This document shows, piece after piece, positions 1 to 11,577 of a DNA stretch of 57,017 nt (the stretch's first letter is position 1; each line of letters begins with the position of its first letter). This DNA is from an uncultured Chlamydiae bacterium (GTDB lineage Bacteria > Chlamydiota > Chlamydiia > Chlamydiales > Parachlamydiaceae). Where the stretch lies: the NCBI GenBank assembly GCA_963830365.1, contig CAWHMU010000020.1, positions 1 to 57,017 on the forward strand, in the 5' to 3' direction. A model generated the notes under the pieces. The model had not been told where the DNA came from. It was given only the letters and a program-made list of their open reading frames with translations, and did no database searches. The position numbers were made by a program, and so were the translations under genes.

Positions 1-3000
1 TCGCGCGTGATGTCGTTCAATTGCTCGCCGAAGGCCTGTTCCTTTTGTTTGGTAAGGTGGCTGATTTGCTGGTCTATATGTGCGCGCAAAGTCAAGACGA
101 CAGCCACCACTTGGTCGGCGATATGGCTGGCCTGGACCTGCCCTAGCGATGCGGTCAATTTAGTGGTGATATCGGCGGCAAGGTCGGTTTTAAGAGCTGC
201 CAAGGACTTCACATCGAGGGTGAAATTGGGGTTTTGCTCGCCGATGACGGTCTGGGTGGCGGCGCTTAGGGCCTGGCTTGGGGCGACGCCATGCTGGCTT
301 AAGCCGGCGGCTAGGGCGTCGCGCACTTCGCGCGGGAGGCGTAGGCGTTTGCACCCAGCAGGGCGGCGATGGCGGCGGCGGCGGCGTCCGGATTGATATT
401 TTGCTGAGCCAGTGAGGCCTTGAGGTTGGCGCGGTTCAAGCTATCCGTGCGTGCCGCGGTATCGAGCAGGTAGCCTGCCTTGATTTCGGCTTGGGTGTAG
501 TCGGCAGCGCGGCTGGCCAGATGGTTGGCATCTTCGGTTTTGATCCCATTTTGGATGAGGGAGGCGCGCAGCGCATCGCGCAGCTGGTCGGTGGTGTTGA
601 CTTGCGGATTGGCGATGGTCTGATTGACGGCGGTATCGATTTTCAGCTGGTCGCTCAGCACCTGCTGGGTGCGCGGAGCTTGCAGCACTTGGCTGACAAG
701 CTGGGAGGTCAGGTTGTCGCGCAGCTCGGGGGTGGCATGGGAGGCATAGGCGGCATTTTTGAGGGCTTCATTGACCAGCTCTTTGACCAGGTCAAGTTTC
801 TGCTGGTCGGTGGCGACTTGGGCAAAGCGTATATCCTGGAAGATTTGGTTGACGAGGACATTGGCCAGAGCATGCTGGGCCTTTAGGTCTATGCCTTGCG
901 CATAGTCCTGTCCTTGAAAACCTGGGCCACCAGCTGGTTGCCCAAGTCGAATTTGAGGCCGTCGAGGTTGTTTTTGGTATTCCCCAAATCGAATTTTAGA
1001 TAGTTGACACTGAAGATGTTGTTCAACACGTCCAGCAAGGTCGTCTGCTGGCTGGCGGCAAGCGCCGGCTGCAGCAGGGGGGCATTGTCCAAGGTGGCAA
1101 GGAGCTGTCCGACCAGCTGCGGGGTGTTGAGGGCCTGGCCGAGTTGCGCAAGGCCTGTCTGTAGCAGCAAAAGCTGTGACACTGCCGTCAGGGTGCTGGC
1201 TAGGGTGGCCAGATCAGGCGCTAGCGCCCCACCGACAGCCGGCGGCGCGGCGCTTTTTAAGATGTTGGCGATGGCGGCGCTTAAATTGCCGGAGGCGGCG
1301 GCGACATCGATTTGTTTAGCGAACGTCAGCCCGAGGGCGATGGCGATGGCCGGGGAGTCGGCTTTAAGTGTCGGCAGCTTATCGAGCAGCAGCTTTAGGG
1401 CGGGGGCGACGGCGGCGACGCCAATTTTTGAGAGCAGCGACAGGTTTAGATATTGCAGCTTATCGGCGACATGCGGATCGAGCGGACTTGCCGCAGGTGT
1501 ACTTGCCGCAGGTGTACTTGCCGCGAGTGGATTTACCGCGACTGGACTTGCCGCAGGTGAACTTGCCGGGAGGGGCTGTCCTTGCTGGGCGAGGGCGGCC
1601 TCAAATATCGAGCGGTCGAGGATGGCGGGCAGATTGGGGCTGCTCAGTGTGGCCACGATACTGGTGAGCGCGACGCCGGAGCCTGCGCCTGTGCCGCTCA
1701 CTTGGGCCGGCATTGCCGCTGCCGACGCGGATTTCAGGCGTTGGCGTGGTGTAGGCCGAGGGCAGCACGGCATTGGTATTGGCAAAGTAAAACTGCAAGA
1801 AGTTGGTGTAATCGCTTTGTTGCACGAGCAGATCGGTGCTGGTAGCCAGCATCCCTGCCAGCAAATTAAGCGTGGTGTTGATCTGGGTCTGGATGTCGCC
1901 GATGGCCAGTGAGACATCGGGCTGTATGGTATTGGTCGTGAGTGGAGTGAAGACGAATCGACGGGTGTGGTGGCGGGAATGTTTGGAGGATCGCCCTGGG
2001 ACGGTAGGCAGGCCATAGCTGCCGGGGAGAGATGGCGGTGGCAAACGAGATGGTGGGGGTGCCCATGTCGGCATTGATCTCGTTGAAGGCGGAAATGACG
2101 GCATTGATACTTGCGATATCGGTGTTGTTATAGGTGTTTAGGGCGTTGTTCAACTGGTCGAGAGCCGGTTCGCGCAAAGCGACATAGTCATTGTAGTTGG
2201 TGATGTAGGTGCTGTAGGTTGTGCCGGCAGCTTGATAGGTGGTAACGGCCAGGTCATGGACGGCTGTGGCTATGTCGTAGGTGTTAGTGGCTTGTTGGTA
2301 GGTTGCCGAAGCTATATTATAGGTGTTTTGCGCAGCTAAAAAAGCGATGTCGGCGGCGGCCATGTCTGTTGTCGCTTGTTGCAGCGCTGCGTTGGCGCTA
2401 TCGTACGCCGCCTGGGCGGCTGTCTGTGCATTTGCGGCGTTGGTAGCGTTCGTTTGAGCGGTGGCTTGGGCGCTTACGGCGGTGTTGTAATCGTTTAGAG
2501 CCGTATTATATATAGTTTGGTAATTCTGCAGCGTCGTGTAATTGGCCGGCGTAGGGTCGTTGTTATAGATCGTTTGCGCATCTGTCAACCACAGTGTCGC
2601 CACATTGAGCGTATTTGTCGTCGCGGTAAGATTATTATTGGCCACAGCCAGTGCTAAATTCGCGTTATTGAGTGCCACATTGGCATTATAGAGGTTGATA
2701 AAGGTCGTATTAACGTCGGCGTTTGCGTTTGCCAATGTCGTGACGGCATTGTCATGCGCGGCAGTGGCAGCCTGGTAGGTGGCCGTGTCGTTAGCGTATT
2801 GAGCGGATGCAGCATTGTATACATTGGTGTCGGCGGTAAACTGGGCGTTGGCAGTTTCGTAGACGGTTTCGGCGTTATTGTAATTGGTGATGGCAGCGTT
2901 CAATACGTTGACCTGGAACTGATCGTTATTGGCATTGTTATTGGAGAAGGTGTTGATGATGGCGGTATTAACCGTGGCCACATAGCCGTCTTCCTGCGTA

Positions 3001-3349
3001 TAAACATCGCCGATGTCTTTGAGGGCTTTTTCTTCTTGAAAAAGAGGTCGATCAGGGCCGTGGCCGCCACCACGTTGGCATAGAAGAATTTGTTAAGCTT
3101 TTCGTGGTTATTCTGGTCGTCGGCAAATTTCTGCGAGCGCAGGCTATTGGTGACTTCGCCCATGAAATTGCTAAACGACAGGATCAGAGCGGCGCCGACA
3201 GTAGGTGGCTGTTTTTCAGAAACGTTAAATGTCAGCCCGATGGCGTTGCCCATCGAGTCGAGTTGCACGCTGGCACCGGCCGGATTGTAGGTATACGTGT
3301 TATTTTGCGCACCGATAGGGCCTTGCGGAGGACCAACTGGTAGAACCAT
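1..3349 (-). pseudogene. Large Ala/Asn/Thr/Gln-rich coiled-coil protein, probably one gene (candidate secreted effector), broken by several frameshifts and running off the window start
   Basis: Overlapping minus-strand ORFs 2900..3349, 1866..2981, 1601..2104, 889..2016 and 311..688 continue one another in composition. Breaks may be sequencing indels. Confidence 0.55.
1486..1570. repeat. Intragenic 15-bp tandem repeat ACTTGCCGCAGGTGT, encoding (T/S)PAAS units
   Basis: About 5 imperfect copies seen directly. Confidence 0.8.
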
Positions 3350-3656
3350 AGCCGATTCTCCTGTTACATCGTTTTTCGAGACCAGAGATTTTGTCAGGCG
3401 GGGCGGGGTACTCAGCTTAACTAGTGATCATATCCCTAATTTATCAAACCTTGGTCTCTATAATACCATTATAACAAAAAAATATTTAATTTTATGCATT
3501 AATATTGAAATTGTGAAAATCTAATTGCAAACTTGCCAAAATGAACAGGCGGAATGAGCCGACGAAGCGGCCAATGGCATGAAATCTATGCTAATGAGCT
3601 ATCGCTAAACGTCCGCTTCGTCCATTGGCTGCTGTCCGCTCTGTCCACCCGTCCAT

Positions 3657-4568
3657 TTAGTTTGTGACATGCCAAGCTTGCACCAGGCGATTCACTTTAT
3701 AGGCATAGGGGACCAGGCGATTTTCGATGAAACGCGCCCACGAGGTGCGCACCTGCAAAAGCGGCATTTCTAGCAACGACCAGGTTGTGGGAGCATGCAT
3801 ATGCAGGCGGACGGCATTGAAGACCAATTTGGGGCCGAGCTTATGGGCGGGCAGGCCGGGCTCGATGTAAAGGGCGGTATAGCGGATGGTGTCGGGATCA
3901 AGGCGGTGGGTGATCATGCAGCCCACCACGCGCCCTTGGTGGCGCAAGCCCAGGCTGTTTAGGGGTTCGATGGTGGCTTCATCTTTAAAGGGCGAGATGG
4001 CGCCTTTGAAAAAGCCTTGATGCTGCCTTTTAAGCAGGTCCTGCCGTTCGGTAGCGGTGAGCTCGGCCCAGGGGAACTCTTCAAATTCCGGCGTATAGCA
4101 ATAGGGGGTATGCACCCATGGTACATCGAAGGTCAACATTTCAAAATGGCAGCGCACCATAAAGGGGCGTTTGCCTTTCCACCCTATGGCAGCGAGTACT
4201 TTTTCAATGGCGGGCGTGGTGGGTTCGCCTGAGGGATAGACCAGGAAAAAGTAGCGCCCGCCGGCGCTTTCGGCAGCAGTCTGCAAGCTGCCAAGCAGCT
4301 GGCGGCCCAACTGCTTGTTGCGGTGCTCGGGCAGGACATACAGATGATGGACTTCGACGGTGGCGGGGACGCTGCCGCAGCTGGCCAGTACGATACCGAC
4401 GGGTTCGGCTTGGTAAGTGGCGGCGATGGCGATGATTGATTTTTGGCTGTCGTGCTGAGGATCTTGTCCGGCAAAGCAGCCATGCAGCGGCTGTGGCACG
4501 AGCGCGCCATAGCGCGCACGTAGTGCTTCGGCTTGGGCGGGGATAGCTAACCGTATCAACTCATACAT
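3657..4568 (-). CDS. GNAT-family N-acetyltransferase (two GNAT-like halves)
   Basis: Acetyl-CoA motif A LYVLPEHRNKQLGRQLL; second degenerate motif LYIEPGLPAHKLG. Confidence 0.75.
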   Translation of the reverse strand: MYELIRLAIPAQAEALRARYGALVPQPLHGCFAGQDPQHDSQKSIIAIAATYQAEPVGIVLASCGSVPATVEVHHLYVLPEHRNKQLGRQLLGSLQTAAESAGGRYFFLVYPSGEPTTPAIEKVLAAIGWKGKRPFMVRCHFEMLTFDVPWVHTPYCYTPEFEEFPWAELTATERQDLLKRQHQGFFKGAISPFKDEATIEPLNSLGLRHQGRVVGCMITHRLDPDTIRYTALYIEPGLPAHKLGPKLVFNAVRLHMHAPTTWSLLEMPLLQVRTSWARFIENRLVPYAYKVNRLVQAWHVTN

Positions 4569-4598
4569 AAGACCCTGAAGAGCTTAAATTAGACGTAA

Positions 4599-6712
4599 AA
4601 AACGCAAAACTAACCACAGAGGCACAGAGACACAGAGCAAGGCAGGGAAGCGGTGTAGGTATCCGTATCTGTGCGATCAACTGTAATTAACAAATCATAT
4701 CTGCTTTCTATCTCTGTGCCTCTGTGTCTCTGTGGTGAATTTTGTCCAGCTGTATTTAATGCAAAACGCAAAACTAACCACAGAGGCACAGAGACACAGA
4801 GCAAGGCAGGGAAGCGGTGTAGGTATCCGTATCTATGCGATCAACTGTAATTAACCAATCATATCTGCTTTCTATCTCTGTGCCTCAGTGTCTCTGTGGT
4901 GAATTTTGTCCAGCTGTATTTAATGCAAAACGCAAAACTAACCACAGAGGCACAGAGACACAGAGCAAGGCAGGGAAGCGGTGTAGGTATCCGTATCTAT
5001 GCGATCAACTGTAATTAACCAATCATATCTGCTTTCTATCTCTGTGCCTCTGTGTCTCTGTGGTGAATTTTGTCCAGCTGTATTTAATGCAAAACGCAAA
5101 ACTAACCACAGAGGCACAGAGACACAGAGCAAGGCAGGGAAGCGGTGTAGGTATCCGTATCTATGCGATCAACTGTAATTAACCAATCATATCTGCTTTC
5201 TATCTCTGTGCCTCTGTGTCTCTGTGGTGAATTTTGTCCAGCTGTATTTAATGCAAAACGCAAAACTAACCACAGAGGCATAGAGACACAGAGCAAGGCA
5301 GGGAAGCGGTGTTAGGTATCCGTATCTGTGCGATCAACTGTAATTAACAAATCATATCTGCTTTCTATCTCTGTGCCTCAGTGTCTCTGTGGTGAATTTT
5401 GTCCAGCTGTATTTAATGCAAAACGCAAAACTAACCACAGAGGCATAGAGACACAGAGCAAGGCAGGGAAGCGGTGTTAGGTATCCGTATCTATGCGATC
5501 AACTGTAATTAACCAATCATATCTGCTTTCTATCTCTGTGCCTCAGTGTCTCTGTGGTGAATTTTGTCCAGCTGTATTTAATGCAAAACGCAAAACTAAC
5601 CACAGAGGCACAGAGACACAGAGCTAGGCAGGGAAGCGGTGTAGGTATCCGTATCTATGCGATCAACTGTAATTAACAAATCATATCTGCTTTCTATCTC
5701 TGTGCCTCAGTGTCTCTGTGGTGAATTTTGTCCAGCTGTATTTAATGCAAAACGCAAAACTAACCACAGAGGCACAGAGACACAGAGCAAGGCAGGGAAG
5801 CGGTGTAGGTATCCGTATCTATGCGATCAACTGTAATTAACAAATCATATCTGCTTTCTATCTCTGTGCCTCTGTGTCTCTGTGGTGAATTTTGTCCAGC
5901 TGTATTTAATGCAAAACGCAAAACTAACCACAGAGGCACAGAGACACAGAGCAAGGCAGGGAAGCGGTGTAGGTATCCGTATCTATGCGATCAACTGTAA
6001 TTAACCAATCATATCTGCTTTCTATCTCTGTGCCTCAGTGTCTCTGTGGTGAATTTTGTCCAGCTGTATTTAATGCAAAACGCAAAACTAACCACAGAGG
6101 CACAGAGACACAGAGCTAGGCAGGGAAGCGGTGTTAGGTATCCGTATCTATGCGATCAACTGTAATTAACAAATCATATCTGCTTTCTATCTCTGTGCCT
6201 CTGTGTCTCTGTGGTGAATTTTGTCCAGCTGTATTTAATGCAAAACGCAAAACTAACCACAGAGGCACAGAGACACAGAGCAAGGCAGGGAAGCGGTGTA
6301 GGTATCCGTATCTATGCGATCAACTGTAATTAACAAATCATATCTGCTTTCTATCTCTGTGCCTCTGTGTCTCTGTGGTGAATTTTGTCCAGCTGTATTT
6401 AATGCAAAACGCAAAACTAACCACAGAGGCACAGAGACACAGAGCAAGGCAGGGAAGCGGTGTAGGTATCCGTATCTATGCGATCAACTGTAATTAACCA
6501 ATCATATCTGCTTTCTATCTCTGTGCCTCTGTGTCTCTGTGGTGAATTTTGTCCAGCTGTATTTAATGCAAAACGCAAAACTAACCACAGAGGCACAGAG
6601 ACACAGAGCAAGGCAGGGAAGCGGTGTAGGTATCCGTATCTATGCGATCAACTGTAATTAACAAATCATATCTGCTTTCTATCTCTGTGCCTCTGTGTCT
6701 CTGTGGTGAATT
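4599..6712. repeat. Tandem array of 13 x 164/165-bp units (last one partial), each an ACAGAG-type inverted-repeat doublet (BIME-like)
   Basis: Unit AAAACGCAAAACTAACCACAGAGGCACAGAGACACAGAG...CTCTGTGCCTCTGTGTCTCTGTGGTGAATTTTGTCCAGCTGTATTTAATGC recurs at ~4599, 4763, 4927 ... 6570. Confidence 0.95.
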
Positions 6713-6744
6713 TGGTTCAGCCTTCAGCTTTCAGCTTTGGCTTC

Positions 6745-7992
<1,248 letters not shown>

Positions 7993-8033
7993 AAAGAAGA
8001 AACTCGTAGGTAAAGGGTTATGTCCTTATAAGG

Positions 8034-8657
8034 TTAGGTCCTTGGGGGAGCTTGGATTTTAGGCGTGACTACTTCATCGATCAAACCATAATCTTTAGCT
8101 TCTTGTGCGCTCATGTAGAAATCGCGCTCGGAATCGGCGGCTACTTTATCGAAAGTCTGGCCGGTATGGGCCGCCATTATTTCGTGCAGGCGCTTTTTGA
8201 GAACGAGGATTTCTTTGGCTTGCAAGGCGATATCGGCCGAGGTGCCGCCGACGCCGCCTGATGGTTGGTGGATCATGATGCGGCTATTGGGGAGGGCAAA
8301 GCGCTTGCCTTTGGTGCCGGCCGTAAGCAGCAGTGCGCCCATGGACGAGGCTTGGCCGATGCAATAGGTGTTGATATTGCAACCCATCCACTGAAGCGTG
8401 TCGTAGATGGCTAGGCCGGCGGTGATGTAGCCTCCCAGGGAGTTGATATAGATATGCACATCTTTTTTGGGATCTTCCATGCGCAGGAACAACAGCTGGG
8501 CGACGACGACGTTGGCCACATGGTCGTTAATTTCTGTGCCGATAAAAATAATACGGTCTTTGAGCAGGCGCGAGTAAATATCCATGGATCGTTCGCCACG
8601 CCCGGTGTCTTCAATAACATAGGGAGTGAGTGATAGCTTTGGTCTGTTTTCTGGCAT
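8034..8657 (-). CDS. clpP: Clp protease proteolytic subunit (ClpP2-type, adjacent to clpX)
   Basis: [34 protein letters not shown]. Confidence 0.97.
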   Translation of the reverse strand: MPENRPKLSLTPYVIEDTGRGERSMDIYSRLLKDRIIFIGTEINDHVANVVVAQLLFLRMEDPKKDVHIYINSLGGYITAGLAIYDTLQWMGCNINTYCIGQASSMGALLLTAGTKGKRFALPNSRIMIHQPSGGVGGTSADIALQAKEILVLKKRLHEIMAAHTGQTFDKVAADSERDFYMSAQEAKDYGLIDEVVTPKIQAPPRT

Positions 8658-8762
8658 GATCTAACCTTGGGTATCAAGTGTCGCAATTCTTCAGCAAGTA
8701 CATACGTGATATGTATAGATGCAAGCGGCATTGCCGGTCAAGCAAAAACGCAGATTATAAAA

Positions 8763-8824
8763 AATTCACCAGAGAGACACAGAGGACATCTTTCTCTGTG
8801 TGTCCGTGCCTCTGTGGTGAAATT
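8763..8824. repeat. ACAGAG-family short inverted repeat
   Basis: CACCAGAGAGACACAGAG...CTCTGTGTGTCCGTGCCTCTGTGGTG. Confidence 0.7.
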
Positions 8825-8863
8825 GGGCTTGGGGAATGACACGTCACCGCATTCCACGCAAGT

Positions 8864-10315
8864 TTATTTCTGCTGGGCTTTGTCGATGAGGTAATCCAGC
8901 GTCTTAATGATTAGCATTTGCAGGTGCAATTGAGCTTGCGCTTCCTTCGGATCTTTGTCCAGATTGATGGTGTTTTGTCCCATCTTCTGCAGCCACATCT
9001 GGCGCATCCATTCCATCATCACTTCATCTTCAGAGACGTCGATATGATGATCGCGGGCGATGCGCTGCGTGAGGAAGTACAGGCGCATGTCGTGATCGAT
9101 TTTATGCGCAATTTCGAGCTCGATTTTTTTGGCTTCCTCGCCGATCAAGGCTTCATCGGTACCTTCGGCGCGCAAACTGTCGATGATGGCTTTTCTTTGG
9201 TCTTTAAGCTGCATTTGCACAAAAGAATAGGGGATGTCGAATTGGAATCTGGAGAGGATCAGTTGCTCCATCAAGGCACGGCGATTGTTGATTTGATGCT
9301 CGTCGGCTCTTTTGTTCAGGTTGATAGTAACCTTTTCTTTCAGATCTTCAAGGCTTGTGGCCCCGTATGACTTGGCGAATTCATCATCCAGCGGGGAGGT
9401 GTTGGCTTTTTTTATAGCGTGCAGCATGATGCGGCATTGCACGGGTGTGAATTCCGCTTCTGCATGCTCATGCTTATGATGGTGGTGGTGATGCGATTCG
9501 TGTCCGCATTCATGGCAATCGTCATGCTTATCCTTGCCATGCTTATCTTCCTTCTCACTCATGCCTTCGATAACTTGTCCGGGTGTCATACCGATCAGCA
9601 AGCGGCGCATCCACTCATCCATTTTACCGGGTGCAATCACAAAACGCGTCGAAGTGCAGACGTTGCGGGCGGGTTCGCTGATGATATCGACATCGATATC
9701 GACGAAATCGCCGGCCTGCACTGGGCGGTCGGTGACATCGACCCATTCGGCCTTTTGCAGGCGCAGGTCTTCCAGGGCGTCGACGATATCTTCATCTTTG
9801 ACGACGGGGCGTTCCACATGGGCTATGGCTAGTTCTTCAGGCGCAATCGTTGGGATCTGGGGGGCTTCTTCGTATTCGAAGCTAAGCGTGGCGCCGTCTT
9901 TCAATGAAATGGATTTTATGGAAGCCGACTTGACGCTGTTTTTGTTGAAAGGATAGACTTTCGTTAAGCGGAAGGCTTCGTCAAGCGTGGTGTTTAAAAC
10001 GATATCTTTCCATTCTTTTTCGATATGCTGCGCAAAATTCTGCGAGAGCATTGCTTGCGGCGCTTTGCCCTTGCGGAAGCCGGGGATGGACACTTCTTTA
10101 TTGATCGACTTAACAGCTTGGTGCTGGCTGGCTTGTACGGCCTTGGCATTGACGATGACATCGAGATGCACGCGGCAGCCTGGCTCTCTTCTGAGAGTGA
10201 TGGCGATGTTGTCGTTTTGGAATTTAGTTTGATCGTTGGTTGTCAAGGAAGACCTCGCTTGGTTGGACGACTTTGATGATCCTAACGGCTTTTGCTGCAT
10301 CATTTTTTGATGCAC
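8864..10315 (-). CDS. tig: Trigger factor (true start probably downstream, ~10246) with a His-rich insertion
   Basis: IPGFRKGKAP ribosome-binding motif, LDDEFAK, tig-clpP-clpX synteny. Confidence 0.93.
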   Translation of the reverse strand: MHQKMMQQKPLGSSKSSNQARSSLTTNDQTKFQNDNIAITLRREPGCRVHLDVIVNAKAVQASQHQAVKSINKEVSIPGFRKGKAPQAMLSQNFAQHIEKEWKDIVLNTTLDEAFRLTKVYPFNKNSVKSASIKSISLKDGATLSFEYEEAPQIPTIAPEELAIAHVERPVVKDEDIVDALEDLRLQKAEWVDVTDRPVQAGDFVDIDVDIISEPARNVCTSTRFVIAPGKMDEWMRRLLIGMTPGQVIEGMSEKEDKHGKDKHDDCHECGHESHHHHHHKHEHAEAEFTPVQCRIMLHAIKKANTSPLDDEFAKSYGATSLEDLKEKVTINLNKRADEHQINNRRALMEQLILSRFQFDIPYSFVQMQLKDQRKAIIDSLRAEGTDEALIGEEAKKIELEIAHKIDHDMRLYFLTQRIARDHHIDVSEDEVMMEWMRQMWLQKMGQNTINLDKDPKEAQAQLHLQMLIIKTLDYLIDKAQQK

Positions 10316-10341
10316 CGTCAGGATTAAAGGGTCATTAGATT

Positions 10342-10413
10342 AGCGGGTGGTGAGGTTCGAACTCACGACCCTCACGTTGGCAACGTGATGCTCTACCACT
10401 GAGCTACACCCGC
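10342..10413 (-). tRNA. tRNA-Gly(GCC)
   Basis: Reverse complement GCGGGTGTAGCTCAGTGGTAGAGCATCACGTTGCCAACGTGAGGGTCGTGAGTTCGAACCTCACCACCCGCT. Confidence 0.95.
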
Positions 10414-10444
10414 ATGAAGGACAGTCTATTAGAAGGACATTATA

Positions 10445-10516
10445 AGCGGGTGATGAGGTTCGAACTCACGACCCTCACGTTGGCAACGTGATGCTCTACC
10501 ACTGAGCTACACCCGC
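10445..10516 (-). tRNA. tRNA-Gly(GCC), second copy
   Basis: Near-identical cloverleaf, anticodon GCC. Confidence 0.95.
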
Positions 10517-10589
10517 ATTATATTTTTCGCTATTGAGTCTACGTCAGACGTCTTTTTTAATCCAGCTTTTTCCATTTAAATTTAATGGA

Positions 10590-10662
10590 AGCGGGTGATG
10601 AGATTCGAACTCACGACATTCACCTTGGGAAGGTGACGCTCTACCAACTGAGCTACACCCGC
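10590..10662 (-). tRNA. tRNA-Gly(CCC)
   Basis: Anticodon arm CACCT-TCCCA-AGGTG on the minus strand; GTTCGAAT T-loop. Confidence 0.95.
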
Positions 10663-10831
10663 ACATGTCTTAATTCTTATCGCAATCTCTCTTATCGCAA
10701 CACTGCGTCACTGGCTCTTTAGCGAAGCGGCATTCTAGATTACCGCCAATTTTCTTTGCAACAAAAAACATCAAAAATATCAAGCTGCCTTCACCATATA
10801 GGCACAGCGGCACAGAGACACTCAGAAATTA

Positions 10832-11305
10832 GGTTCATCGCACAATCGCGTACCTCCCCATATGTAAACTAATTGAGGATGTTAAATAAATCATACATAA
10901 TGGCAAATTGCGCGTGCGATGCTGTGAAGGAAGGATTTGATTTGGCATTGCCATACAAGAGATCGGGCACAACATGAGAACATTTTTACAGCCTCGATAG
11001 AGGCGGAAGCATGTAGCCACATGCGTCAGCGTTTGGTATATAATAATTGCATCTAATTCGGCTTGCATCGAAATTGCTGTCGCCGTATTCACGGCTCTCT
11101 TTATACTACATTTTATTCCATAGGTTGATACCTATGGCTACATGCTTCGGCCTCTAGCGAGGCTAACTAGACCTTCTGTGCTAGAATGCCGATTTGTTTC
11201 AAAGAGAACATTACAAATAGATCATTACTTCTCATGTTTCAACCATCAATTGCTAAGGCTTTTTGACGAATCATCATGGGCAGGTACTCATTTGTGCGAT
11301 GCACC
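10832..11305. mobile_element. Non-autonomous MITE with ISL3-like TIRs, carrying an internal REP-like doublet and lying between ACAGAG repeat arms (10792-10824, 11368-11394)
   Basis: TIR GGTTCATCGCACAA / TTGTGCGATGCACC; internal IR GCCTCGATAGAGGCGGAAGCATGTAGCCA (10991) / 11135-11163; related copies at 20601 and 33942. Confidence 0.8.
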
Positions 11306-11577
11306 ACTTAAAGCAGGCTTTCGATTAAGCTGTTTTTCCATAATTAAAGATGCAATCCCCAATAATTTCTCTGTGTCTCTGTGCCTCTGTGGTCAATTTT
11401 TTGGAATTCGGGCACGGGCACAGGCACGGGCTCGGGCACGTAAAGTTAGTATTCGGGTATGTAACCGGCAGGGGCGTAAAATTTGTCTTGGCAACTATCT
11501 TTCGTTTAGTAGAATGTCGAGTAAAAATATCTTTGAAATATTGCGGGTCTTCCTGCTCATTAAAACGGTGAGTCAAA

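Noticed and set aside
4610..6611. Repeated 64-aa ORFs (MLCVSVPLW...)
   Set aside because: By-products of the repeat: non-ATG starts, and broken in several units by point variants.
4599..6712. CRISPR array
   Set aside because: The intervening sequences are near-identical rather than unique spacers, the 164-bp period is too long, and no cas genes are present.
8430..8450. ClpP INSLGG in place of the usual INSPGG
   Set aside because: A single-base difference that cannot be told from sequencing error; catalytic Ser and His motifs are intact.
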